A stretch of DNA of 64,000 nt from positions 634 through 64,633 of the forward strand of contig JAWWCA010000001.1 in NCBI GenBank assembly GCA_033720695.1, in the 5' to 3' direction. The notes beneath the pieces were generated by a model. That model saw nothing but the letters and a program-made list of their open reading frames with translations. It ran no database searches and was not told where the DNA came from. The position numbers and the translations under genes are program-made. Below, piece after piece: positions 34,180-43,500 of this stretch (the stretch's first letter is position 1; each line of letters starts with the position of its first letter). The stretch comes from Rubricoccaceae bacterium (GTDB lineage Bacteria; Bacteroidota; Rhodothermia; Rhodothermales; Rubricoccaceae).

Positions 34180-36555
34180 ATGGACGCCGCCACCATCGAA
34201 CAGACCGGCATGTTCTACCTCGGCCGTCGACACGACCTCGACGCCGACCAAACGCTCCCCGCCCCCGTCCTCTACGACGCCGCCGACCTCACCACCCACG
34301 CCGCCATCATCGGCATGACCGGCAGCGGCAAGACCGGCCTCGGCATCTCGCTCATCGAGGAGGCGGCCCTCGACCGCGTCCCCGTCCTCGCCATTGACCC
34401 CAAGGGCGATCTCGCCAACCTCCTCCTCACCTTCCCGAACCTCGCCCCCACGGACTTCGAGCCGTGGGTCAATCCCGCTGAGGCCGAGCAGAAGGGCCGG
34501 TCCGTCGACGAGCACGCCGCCGCCGTCGCCGAGATGTGGCGCTCCGGCCTCGACGCCTGGGACCAGCAGCCCGACCGCATCCAGCGGCTCCGCGACGCCG
34601 CCGACGTCGCCCTCTACACCCCCGGATCCGACGCCGCCACCCCCGTCGCACTCCTCCGCGACTTCGCCGCACCGCCGGCCGACGCCGGCGCCGACGCCCG
34701 CAGGGAGCACGTCGAAGCGCTCATCAGCGGCCTCCTCTCCCTCGTCGGCGTCGAGGCCGACCCCCTCCAGAGCCCCGAGCACGTCTTCCTCGCCCACGTC
34801 CTCGAGAGCGCCTGGAACGACGGACGGACACCCTCCCTCGCCGACCTCATCCTCGCCCTCCAGACGCCGCCGATGTCGCACATCGGCGTCCTCGAAGTCG
34901 ACACCTTCTTCCCCGTGAGGCAGCGCCAAAGCCTCGCCATGCGCCTCAACGGGCTCCTCGCCTCCCCCTCCTTCGCCGCCTGGGCACAGGGCGAGCCCCT
35001 CGACGTCGGCTCCATGCTCTACGCCGACGGCGGCCGACCCCGCGTCAGCGTCTTCTCCATCGCCCACCTCGACGACGACGCGCGGATGTTCTTCGTCACG
35101 CGCCTCCTCGGCGACCTCATCGCATGGATGCGACGGCAGTCCGGCACCTCCAGCCTCCGCGCCCTCCTCTACATGGACGAGGTCATGGGCTTCCTCCCGC
35201 CCGTCAGCGCCCCACCCAGCAAAACCCTCTTCCTCACCCTCCTCAAGCAGGCCCGCGCCTTCGGGCTCGGCGTCGTCGTCTCTACCCAGAACCCCGTCGA
35301 CCTCGACTACAAGGCGCTCTCCAACTGCGGCACCTGGCTCGTCGGTCGCCTCCAGACCGAGCAGGACAAGGCCCGCCTCCTCGACGGCCTCGAAGGCGCC
35401 GCCGGGGGCGCCCTCGACCGCGACGCCACCGATGCCACCCTCTCCCGCCTCGGGAAACGCGTCTTCCTCCTCCACAACGTCCACGAGCCAGAGCCCACCG
35501 TCTTCCACACCCGGTGGGCGATGTCGTACCTCGCCGGACCGCTCACCCGCCAGCAACTCCGCCGGCTCGCGCCCGCGCCCGCCGGCTCCCACGCCGACCC
35601 GGCTCCGCAGGCGCCAGCCCCCCCTCCCACGCCCTCCAACGGCTTCGTCGACACCCGCCCGCCCGCACCCGCCGGCCTCGACGAGCTCACGCTCGCCCCC
35701 TCCCCGGACGCCGACGCCGATCACGTCGTCTACGTCCCCATGCTCCTCGGACAGGCCGACGTCCACTACCGCCGCTCCCGCCCCCCCGTCGACCACACCA
35801 CCACCGTCCACCTCCTCGCCCCCGCCGACGCGCCCGACTGGTCCGGGGCCATCGAGCGCCCTGCCGCACACGCCGCCGCGACGCCCGACGGCGCCCACTA
35901 TGCCCTCGTCCCGGCCTCCCTCCACGACGACGCCGACGGGCTCGACCACGCCCTCGAACGGTGGATCAAGCGCGAACGGACCGTCACCGTCCTCACGAGC
36001 AAGACCCATCGGTTGACCAGCCAGCCGGGAGAGTCCGAGGACACCTTCCGCGGGCGTCTGACCCACGCCGCCCGCGAGGCACGCGACGCGGAAAAAGCCA
36101 AGGTCCGCGAGCGCTATGCCTCGCGCATGAAGCGCCTCGAAGATCGCATGGCCCGCGCCGAGGCCGCCGTCGAGCGCGAGCGAGGGCAGGCCGGCCAGCG
36201 CAAGCTCGAGACCGCGATCGAGGTCGGGAGCGCGCTCCTCGGCGCCTTCCTCGGCGGGCGCTCCACCAGCCGCACCATCAGCAGCGCCCGGCAGGCCGCC
36301 CGCGGGGCCGGGCGCGCCCGCAAAGAGAGCGGCGACGTCGACCGCGCGCAGAGGCGCCTCGACGACCTCCGGCAGGAGTACGCCGACCTCGACGCCGAGC
36401 TCACCAACGAGCTCGACGCGCTCGACCTCCGCGCGGCCGAGCCTGAACCCCTCGAACCCACCGAGATCAAACCCTCCGACGTCTCCGTCAAGAGCGTCCA
36501 TCTCGCCTGGGTCCCCCATACCCGCGACGGCGACGCGCTCACGCCCGCACTCTAG
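34180..36555 (+). CDS. YjgR/DUF853-like (HerA-FtsK superfamily) P-loop NTPase with long charged C-terminal tail
   Basis: Track ORF, 791 aa. Walker A IIGMTGSGKTGLG, Walker B LLYMDEV, VVVSTQNPVDLD. The C-terminal ~200 aa are coiled-coil-like (KVRERYASRMKRLEDRMARAEAAVERERGQ...) with LLGAFLGGRS, as in the E. coli YjgR tail. Confidence 0.8.
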   Translation: MDAATIEQTGMFYLGRRHDLDADQTLPAPVLYDAADLTTHAAIIGMTGSGKTGLGISLIEEAALDRVPVLAIDPKGDLANLLLTFPNLAPTDFEPWVNPAEAEQKGRSVDEHAAAVAEMWRSGLDAWDQQPDRIQRLRDAADVALYTPGSDAATPVALLRDFAAPPADAGADARREHVEALISGLLSLVGVEADPLQSPEHVFLAHVLESAWNDGRTPSLADLILALQTPPMSHIGVLEVDTFFPVRQRQSLAMRLNGLLASPSFAAWAQGEPLDVGSMLYADGGRPRVSVFSIAHLDDDARMFFVTRLLGDLIAWMRRQSGTSSLRALLYMDEVMGFLPPVSAPPSKTLFLTLLKQARAFGLGVVVSTQNPVDLDYKALSNCGTWLVGRLQTEQDKARLLDGLEGAAGGALDRDATDATLSRLGKRVFLLHNVHEPEPTVFHTRWAMSYLAGPLTRQQLRRLAPAPAGSHADPAPQAPAPPPTPSNGFVDTRPPAPAGLDELTLAPSPDADADHVVYVPMLLGQADVHYRRSRPPVDHTTTVHLLAPADAPDWSGAIERPAAHAAATPDGAHYALVPASLHDDADGLDHALERWIKRERTVTVLTSKTHRLTSQPGESEDTFRGRLTHAAREARDAEKAKVRERYASRMKRLEDRMARAEAAVERERGQAGQRKLETAIEVGSALLGAFLGGRSTSRTISSARQAARGAGRARKESGDVDRAQRRLDDLRQEYADLDAELTNELDALDLRAAEPEPLEPTEIKPSDVSVKSVHLAWVPHTRDGDALTPAL

Positions 36556-37458
36556 TCACGTCGGCCGGACGCGCACCCGGTAGCGAAGCACCTCCGGCGC
36601 GTGACGATCCACCACCCCGTCGTCGAGCGTCGTCGTGAGGTCCTGCACGTCGCCGTTGAGCGCGTAGCCGCGCTCGGGCGGGAACCGCCCGGCAGAGTCC
36701 GGCCACACCACCTGGTGGGCCTCGGGAACCCGCCCCCGCATCTCGTAGAACCGCGTCGCCGAGGCGAGCACGTGCGCCGCTACCTCGCCCGGGACGCCCA
36801 CCACGGCCACCGGCAGATTCATCACGTCGTCGAGGATGTCGCCGTCCAGGAACGCCTCTCCCGCCGCAACGCGCTGGCCGAGCGCTTCGATCAAACGGGC
36901 CCCCGTCGTCGCCGGCAGCCCCATCACCACCAGCTCGGGCTGGTCGTACAGGTGCTGGAGTCCCACGGTGTAGGTCAGCCCCACGCCGGCGCGCGCGAAC
37001 ACGTGGTTGATCTGCACCACACCCTCCTGGATCCGCGCAGCCGTATGCCCGATCAGCGCGTTCGCCCGCGCCTCCAGCTCGTCCGCGGGCACGCCCGGTT
37101 CCACCCGCTCGCCCCTCACCAGCGCACGCGCCACCGCCTCCGCACGGCGCAAGGATCCCACCACCGACTTCGGAACGGCGACGGCCCGGTGCACCGTCTC
37201 CACGACCAGGGCGGACCCGTCCTCCGCCTTCACCAGCGTCGTCGTCCCGTACATCATCGGCTCGTCCCCAACGGCGGGCAGGGCGTCGGACCAGACGGAC
37301 ACGACGTAACGATCACGCTCCAACCAGATCCGCGTCTCCATCGCCGCCCCGCGGCGAAGCGAGCGCGTCCGCCAGAGCCGCACGTACTCGCCGAGCTCAT
37401 CCTGCTCGAAGCCGGCGCGCGCCAGCGCCACGGCAATGGGTGAGGGTACATGCATCAT
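36556..37458 (-). CDS. DUF4262 domain protein with ~140-aa N-terminal extension (paralogue of 6459..7394)
   Basis: Track ORF 36556..37494, ATG at 37458/37455: MMHVPSPIAVALARAGF ... VQINHVFARAGVGLTYTVGLQHLYDQPELVVMGLP ... QVVWPDSAGRFPPERGY. Collinear with 6459..7394 over the full length. Its stop abuts the stop of the NTPase gene. Confidence 0.75.
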   Translation of the reverse strand: MMHVPSPIAVALARAGFEQDELGEYVRLWRTRSLRRGAAMETRIWLERDRYVVSVWSDALPAVGDEPMMYGTTTLVKAEDGSALVVETVHRAVAVPKSVVGSLRRAEAVARALVRGERVEPGVPADELEARANALIGHTAARIQEGVVQINHVFARAGVGLTYTVGLQHLYDQPELVVMGLPATTGARLIEALGQRVAAGEAFLDGDILDDVMNLPVAVVGVPGEVAAHVLASATRFYEMRGRVPEAHQVVWPDSAGRFPPERGYALNGDVQDLTTTLDDGVVDRHAPEVLRYRVRVRPT

Positions 37459-37468
37459 CGCCGCCCGC

Positions 37469-38017
37469 TCAGAGCACCTCGCCGGGGCGCGCACTCACAA
37501 GAACCCCCTCCCCCGCTCCGGGGTCGCCGAGCTGCTGACGGACCCACTCCCTCACGCGTGGAGCCACCGGGAGCGCCTCCACGTCCTCCCACGCCGTCGC
37601 CGACGTGAACCCCCCATCCCACCGCAAGAACACCCGCGTGCCGGGCGCGGCCCGCCACCCGCCGATCACAACCCCACCCCCCTCCAGCGGAGTCACGACC
37701 AGCGTGTCCCGTATCACCCCGCGATCGACGAGGCCCTCCGCACTCAGAAGGAACACGTGACGCCACGCACGTCCCACGCGCTCCTCCGCGATGCCGAGGA
37801 GACGGAGCGAATCCACAGAGGCGACGACGTGCACGGGCGCCTCCTCGCCCACCCCCGCCAGCGTCAGCAGCGCGGTGTTGCCGGTGAACCGCGCGGGTAC
37901 CATTACCGGCTCCGACGGTGATGACGTGCACGACGCCAGCCGCCCCCCGATCAGGAGCGCTCCCACGCTGACCAGGGCCAGGCCCGCATAGCCGAGGAGC
38001 GGTCGCACCCGGGTCAT
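37469..38017 (-). CDS. putative lipoprotein
   Basis: Track ORF 37469..38056, ATG at 38017: MTRVRPLLGYAGLALVSVGALLIGGRLASC (lipobox-like L-A-S-C). No family recognised. Confidence 0.5.
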   Translation of the reverse strand: MTRVRPLLGYAGLALVSVGALLIGGRLASCTSSPSEPVMVPARFTGNTALLTLAGVGEEAPVHVVASVDSLRLLGIAEERVGRAWRHVFLLSAEGLVDRGVIRDTLVVTPLEGGGVVIGGWRAAPGTRVFLRWDGGFTSATAWEDVEALPVAPRVREWVRQQLGDPGAGEGVLVSARPGEVL

Positions 38018-38018
38018 T

Positions 38019-38393
38019 CTACGCGGCCTCAGGCGTCGCCGGCATCGGCGCCGCAATCACGAACTGGTACCCGTCCGGGTCCGACACCAGGACGCCCACA
38101 CCCTCGTTCACGGGCGCCTTCGCAACCGGCACGCCCCCCGAGGTGAGGTCTTTCACCACGCTCTGCAGGCCTGCGAGATCGGCGAGGAGGATCCACGGCC
38201 TCGACTGGGCCGCCACCGCGCCCAAGACTTCCTCGGGGGGACGCCGCACCAGCCGGAGCGCCGCGTCCCCCGACGACAACGTGACGGCGTCCTGCTCGCC
38301 GCCGCCGTCCTCCACGACGTGGAAGTTGAGATACCAGAGGAAGAACCTGCGCGATGCGGCCACGTCGCGTACCGCCAGTTGGATCGGTCCCAT
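38019..38393 (-). CDS. VOC family protein
   Basis: Track ORF, 124 aa: MGPIQLAVRDVAASRRFFLWYLNFHVVED ... LVSDPDGYQFVI. Confidence 0.75.
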   Translation of the reverse strand: MGPIQLAVRDVAASRRFFLWYLNFHVVEDGGGEQDAVTLSSGDAALRLVRRPPEEVLGAVAAQSRPWILLADLAGLQSVVKDLTSGGVPVAKAPVNEGVGVLVSDPDGYQFVIAAPMPATPEAA

Positions 38394-38472
38394 AGGGCGC
38401 CTTCAGGTCGGTGGGGGCCGGCGAAGGTACGAAGGGCCCTCGCAGTCCCCGAACGGGGACAAATTCGAGGGG

Positions 38473-38508
38473 GCCGAAACTTTTCGGCTCCCCGCCGAAA
38501 CCTTTCGG
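38473..38508. promoter_or_regulatory. twin palindromes, candidate operator of lexA-imuB-dnaE2
   Basis: GCCGAAA-CT-TTTCGGC (38473-38488) and CCGAAA-CC-TTTCGG (38495-38508). Their centres are 21 bp apart. They end 42 nt upstream of the lexA ATG, in a divergent intergenic region. Confidence 0.45.
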
Positions 38509-38549
38509 GGGACCGTGCCCATCTTATACGCTCCTCCTCCTCTCGCGCC

Positions 38550-39182
38550 ATGAGCGACGCCCAGCCCCTCAACGCGCCCCAGAAGCGTGTCCTGGAGTAC
38601 GTGGCCGACTCCGTCTCCCGCCGCGGCACCTTCCCCAGCGGGCCGCGCATCGCCCGGCAGCTCGGCCTCCACCACTCCACCGTGTACAAGCACCTCGGCG
38701 CCCTCGCCGACCGCGGGTTCGTCGGCGTCGAGGTCGAAGGCCGGCGCCGGCGATTCCACCTCACCGAGCGCGGACGCGCCTTCGGCTCCACCGCCCTCCC
38801 CCGCCTCGGCCGCATCCCGGCCGGCCCCCTCCTCCCACTCGAGGCCGAGCTCGACGACGTCGTCGCCTCCGTCCATGACCTCGTCCCGGGTCTCCTGCCC
38901 GGCGACTTCCTCCTCGACGTCGAGGGCGACTCCATGATCGACCGAGGCCTCCGGCCCGGCATGACCGTCGTCGTCCGACCCAACGTCGTCCCACCCCCCG
39001 GCGCCGTCTGCGCCGTCTGGGTCGAGGGCGAAGGCGGCACGCTCAAGCAGGTCTACGCCGAGGGCGACCACGTCCGCCTCGTCCCCGCAAACCCCGACCA
39101 CCCCGAACGCCGCGTGCCCGCCCACCAGGTGCGCGTCCAGGGCGTCGTCCGCGCCGCCATCGACGTCCAGCTCTTCCGCTAG
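38550..39182 (+). CDS. lexA: LexA repressor (canonical S24 peptidase residues present)
   Basis: ATG 38550 within track ORF 38319..39182. wHTH (PRIARQLGLHHSTVYKHLGALADRGFV), cleavage-site-like RIPAGPLL, Ser motif VEGDSMIDRG and Lys motif GTLKQVY. Confidence 0.88.
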   Translation: MSDAQPLNAPQKRVLEYVADSVSRRGTFPSGPRIARQLGLHHSTVYKHLGALADRGFVGVEVEGRRRRFHLTERGRAFGSTALPRLGRIPAGPLLPLEAELDDVVASVHDLVPGLLPGDFLLDVEGDSMIDRGLRPGMTVVVRPNVVPPPGAVCAVWVEGEGGTLKQVYAEGDHVRLVPANPDHPERRVPAHQVRVQGVVRAAIDVQLFR

Positions 39183-39190
39183 CGACGGCC

Positions 39191-40342
39191 ATGCACGCCC
39201 CCCCAGCACCCCCCCGGTTCGCCACCGTCCGCATCCCAGACTTCCCCGCCTGGGCCTTCTTCCGAACGGCCCGCGCCGCAGCGCCCGTCGTCGTCTCGCG
39301 GGGCGCCCACGTCGCTGCATGCACCGCCCGCGCCCGCCGACAGGGCGTCGCCGTCGGCATGCGCATCGACCGCGCCCGGGAGGTCTGCCCCACCGCCATC
39401 ATCCGCCCCCGCGACCCCGCCCTCGAAAGCGTCGCCTGGGAACAGGCCCTCGACCGCCTCCACGGCCTCTCCCCCTTCCTCGAACCCGAGAAGCCCGGCT
39501 GGGCCACCCTCGCCAAGGTCGACCCCGACGACCTCGCCGCCGCCGCCAACGACCTCGGCGCCACCGCCGCCCTCGCCAACGCCCGCGCCTGGGCCCGCCT
39601 CGGCGCCCTCCGCGCCGCTCCCGGACACGTCCTCCTCCTCTCCGACAAAGACGTCCGACCCTTCCTCCGGCGCGCCCCCGTCGCGCTCATCGACGGCCTC
39701 GGCTTCGACCCCTCCCTCGCGGAGCGGCTCGCCCTCCTCGGCTTCCCGCACCTCGCCGACCTCCTCGGCCTCACCAAGCGCCACCTCGCCGCTCAGTTCG
39801 GGGCCGAGGGCCGCCGCCTCTACACCCTCCTCCACCCCGGACGCGACCCCGCCATCCCCCTCTTCCGCCCCCCGGCTCTGCGCGCCGCCGACGCCGAGTT
39901 CGACCACCCCGTCACGCAACCGGCCCTCCTCTTCCCCGCCCTCGCATCCCTGGTCCAACAAGCCGCCGAAGGGCTCGGCGCCCTCCACTGCCGCCGCCTC
40001 GTCGTCCACGTCACCTACGGCGACGGCGCACCGGGCGTGGCCGGCCGCATCCTCCCCACCAGCACCGCCGACCCCGCCTACCTCACGCGCCAGGCGCACG
40101 TCCTCGCCACCGACCTCCTCGGACCGGACCGCGACGTCGTGGCCGCCCGCATCGAGCTGGGCGGCCTCCGGCCCGCCGCCGTCGCGCAGGGCTCCCTCTT
40201 CCAGCGGCGACGCGCCGTCGCCCTCGCCGTCCGGGGCGTCCACCGCCACTTCCCCGGTGCCCTCCGACGCGCCGTCCTCACCCCCCACGCCCTCTTCCCG
40301 GAAGACCGCGTCCGGTACGAGGCCGCCACGCCCGACGACTAG
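39191..40342 (+). CDS. imuB: ImuB-like Y-family polymerase homologue
   Basis: Track ORF, 383 aa. FATVRIPDFPAWAF replaces the DinB VDxDAFY start, so the catalytic acidic residues are not evident. It sits 8 nt after lexA and upstream of dnaE2, the standard cassette position. Confidence 0.82.
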   Translation: MHAPPAPPRFATVRIPDFPAWAFFRTARAAAPVVVSRGAHVAACTARARRQGVAVGMRIDRAREVCPTAIIRPRDPALESVAWEQALDRLHGLSPFLEPEKPGWATLAKVDPDDLAAAANDLGATAALANARAWARLGALRAAPGHVLLLSDKDVRPFLRRAPVALIDGLGFDPSLAERLALLGFPHLADLLGLTKRHLAAQFGAEGRRLYTLLHPGRDPAIPLFRPPALRAADAEFDHPVTQPALLFPALASLVQQAAEGLGALHCRRLVVHVTYGDGAPGVAGRILPTSTADPAYLTRQAHVLATDLLGPDRDVVAARIELGGLRPAAVAQGSLFQRRRAVALAVRGVHRHFPGALRRAVLTPHALFPEDRVRYEAATPDD

Positions 40343-40347
40343 ATCCC

Positions 40348-40584
40348 ATGGCGACCCTCCCTCCCGCCATCCTCTCCGTCTTCGAAGCGGACGGACACCT
40401 CCAGCGCCTCTTCGTCCGAGGCCGCTGGCGCACCGTCCGCCGCGTCCTCGCCGCCTGGGTCGTCGAAGGACGCTGGTGGGGAACGCCGGAACGGCGCGAG
40501 TACGTCCGCCTCGAGGTCGACGGCCTCCTCCTCGAAGCCTACCGCACCGACGACGGGTGGCACCTCGCCGCCATCCTCGACTAG
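40348..40584 (+). CDS. small conserved-looking protein between imuB and dnaE2 (78 aa)
   Basis: ATG 40348 within artefactual ORF 39319..40584: MATLPPAILSVFEADGHLQRLFVRGRWRTVRRVLAAWVVEGRWWGTPERREYVRLEVDGLLLEAYRTDDGWHLAAILD. Separated by 5-nt and 4-nt gaps from its neighbours. It may correspond to a DUF seen next to imuB in other phyla, but I cannot verify that. Confidence 0.55.
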   Translation: MATLPPAILSVFEADGHLQRLFVRGRWRTVRRVLAAWVVEGRWWGTPERREYVRLEVDGLLLEAYRTDDGWHLAAILD

Positions 40585-40588
40585 CGTC

Positions 40589-43500
40589 ATGTTCGTCCAC
40601 CTCCACGCCCGGAGCTGGTTCTCCTTCCGAGCCGGTGGCTCCTCCCCTGAGGCGATCGCTCGCGCCGCCGCCGCCGCCGGGCAACCCGCCGTCGCGCTCA
40701 CCGACCGCCACGGCGTCTACGGGGCCGTCCGCTTCGCCAAGGCCTGCCTCGACGCCGGCGTCCGACCCCTGTACGGCGCCGAGGTCGTCGTCGACGGGCA
40801 CGCCCTCATCCTCCTCGCCGGCTCGAACGACGGCTACGAGCACCTCTGCCACCTCCTCACGCGCGGACAACTCCGCAGCCGCGAGGCCCCCGCCGTCACC
40901 CTCGACGAGCTCGCGCACGACGCCCACGACCTCTGGTGCCTCACCGGCACCGATGACAGCCGGCTCTGGGACCTCCTCGACCACGACCGACCCCGCGATG
41001 CCCTCCACTGGGCCGGAACCCTCCACGACATCTTCGGGCCGCGCCTCAGCGTCGAGCTCGCCCATCGCCTCGTCCCAGGCGACGACCGCCGGATCACCCG
41101 CCTCCTCCGCCTCGCGCAGCAGGCCAACCTCCCCACCGTCGCCACCAACGACGTCCGCCATGCCTCCCGCGAGGACTACTGGCGGTACGACCTCCTCTCG
41201 TGCATCCGAGAGGGCCTCTCCGTCTTCGAACCCCACCCGGCCCGACCCACCAACGCCGAGCGATTCCTCGCCGACGAGACCACCCTCCGCCGACGCCTCC
41301 CGCTCCCCGCAGCCCTCGCACGCGCCTGCGAGATCGCCGACGCCTGCCACGTCCAGCTGATTACCGGGGAGGTCACCCCACCCGCCGCGCGCCTGCCCCC
41401 CGAGACCGACGCCGCGACCCACCTCCGAACCCTGTGCGAACGCGGCCTCGCACAACGGTACGGGGAACCGCCGCCCGGCCGCGCTCGCGAACAGCTCGAG
41501 CACGAGCTCGCCGTCATCACCGGGCACGACCTCGACGAATACTTCCTCGTCGTCCACGAGGTCACCGCCGAGGCCCGCCGACGAGGCATCCGGTGCGCCG
41601 GGCGCGGCAGCGCCGCCAACTCCATCGTCGCCTACCTCCTCGGCATCACCAACGTCGACCCCCTCGCCCACCGCCTCCTCTTCGAACGCTTCCTCCACCG
41701 CGGGCGCGCCTCCACCCCGGACATCGACGTCGACTTCGACGCCGAACGACGGGAGGAGATCATCGACTGGATCGAGCAACGCTTCGGCATCTCGCAGACC
41801 GCCATGACCGCCACCGTCATCACCTACCGCCTCCGCAGCGCCCTCCGCGACGCGGCCAAGGCGCTCGGATGGCCCATGGACATCGTCAACCGCCTCGGAA
41901 AAGCGGTCCCCCACGCCCACGCCGCTGCCGCCCCCGAGCACCGCGTCGCCGTCGAGCAGGTGGTCGGACCCTCGCCGCTCGCCGAGCGCCTGCTACAAGC
42001 CGCCGCCGGCCTGGAAGGGTGCCCCCGACACCTCGGCCAGCACTCCGGTGGCATGGTCCTCTCCCGCACCCCCCTCCGCGCCTTCACCCCCGTCCAGGTC
42101 AGCGCCAATGGCGTCAAGGTCGTCCAGTTCGACAAGGACGACGTCGAGGCCCTCGGACTCGTCAAGCTCGACGTCCTCGCCCTCCGCATGCTCGCCACCG
42201 TCAGCGAGGCGGCCGAGCTCGTCGAACGACACGAAGGCGTCCGCCTCGACCTCGACGCCCTCCCCCTCGACGACACCCGGACCTTCAACCTCATCCGCGC
42301 CGGCCGAACCCTCGGCTGCTTCCAGATCGAGAGCCAGGGCCAGCTCCACCTCCTCGCCCAGGCACAGCCCGAATCCTTCGATGACCTGATCACGGAGATC
42401 GCGCTGTTCCGGCCCGGCCCCCTCCAGGGCAACATGGTCCACCCCTTCGTCCAGCGCCGACGAGGCAACGAGCCCGTCGCCTACGACGACCCCTCCCTCG
42501 AACCCGTCCTCCGCGACACCTACGGCGTCATCCTCTTCCAGGAGCAGGTGCTCGAGGTCGCCCACGCCTTCGCCGGAATGCCCCTCGAAGAGGCCGACGC
42601 CTTCCGGCGCCTCATGAGCAAGTTCCGAAGCTCCGACGAGATGGAGAGCATGCGCGGCCGGTTCGTCGCCGGCGCCGTCGGGCGGGGCGTCCCGGAGCCC
42701 GTCGCGCAGTCGGTCTTCGACCGCGTGTCGAAGTTCGTCGGCTACGGCTTCTGCCGCTCGCACGCCGCCGCCTTCGCGCAAACCGTCTACCAGTCCTGCT
42801 ACCTCAAGGCCCACCACCCCGCCGCGTTCATGGCCGCCGTCATGCAGCACCGGCCTGGGATGTACAGCCTGATGACGCTCCAGGAGGAGGCCCGCCGGTG
42901 CGGCGTCCAAACCCATCCCCCGGACCTCGCCCGCAGCGGGCCGCGCTACGACCTCGAGCCCCATCCCCGTGGCTGGGCCATCCGCATGCCCCTCGCCGCC
43001 GTCCGCGGACTCGACGCCGAGGACGCCCTCGCCCTCGTGTGGGAGCGCCTCCGCCGCCCCTTCGCCGACCTCGAGGACCTCTGGCGACGCGCGCCGCTCG
43101 GCGCCGCGAAGCTCGAATCTCTCGCCCAGAGCGGCGCCCTCGACTCGCTCGCAGCATCCAGCCGTGACGCGCTCTGGACCCTCGGCGTCCTCGCTCGACG
43201 CCTCGGGCCTCCTGGACAAGCCACCGCCCCCACCCTCTTCTCGGCCCCCGTCGTCGATGCGCTCGACGTACCCGACCTCCCACCCCTCACGGAGGCCGAG
43301 AGGCTGAGCTGGGACCTCGAAACGCACGGGGCTGCCCGGTACCACCCAGTCCGCCTCGTCCGGCGCCAGCTCACCGAGCTCGAAATCCGACCCATCGCCA
43401 CCACCCTCCCCCTCGGCCGCCTCGGCCACCCCAACGCCCACCCCCGCCTCCGCGTCGCCGGCATCGTCATGCTTCGCCAGCGACCACCGACCGCCAAGGG

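Noticed and set aside
6432-37494. Idea that the inverted DUF4262 paralogues are terminal repeats of a composite transposon or invertible segment.
   Set aside because: The copies are diverged at the protein level. No nucleotide-level inverted repeats, target-site duplications, transposase or invertase genes were seen.
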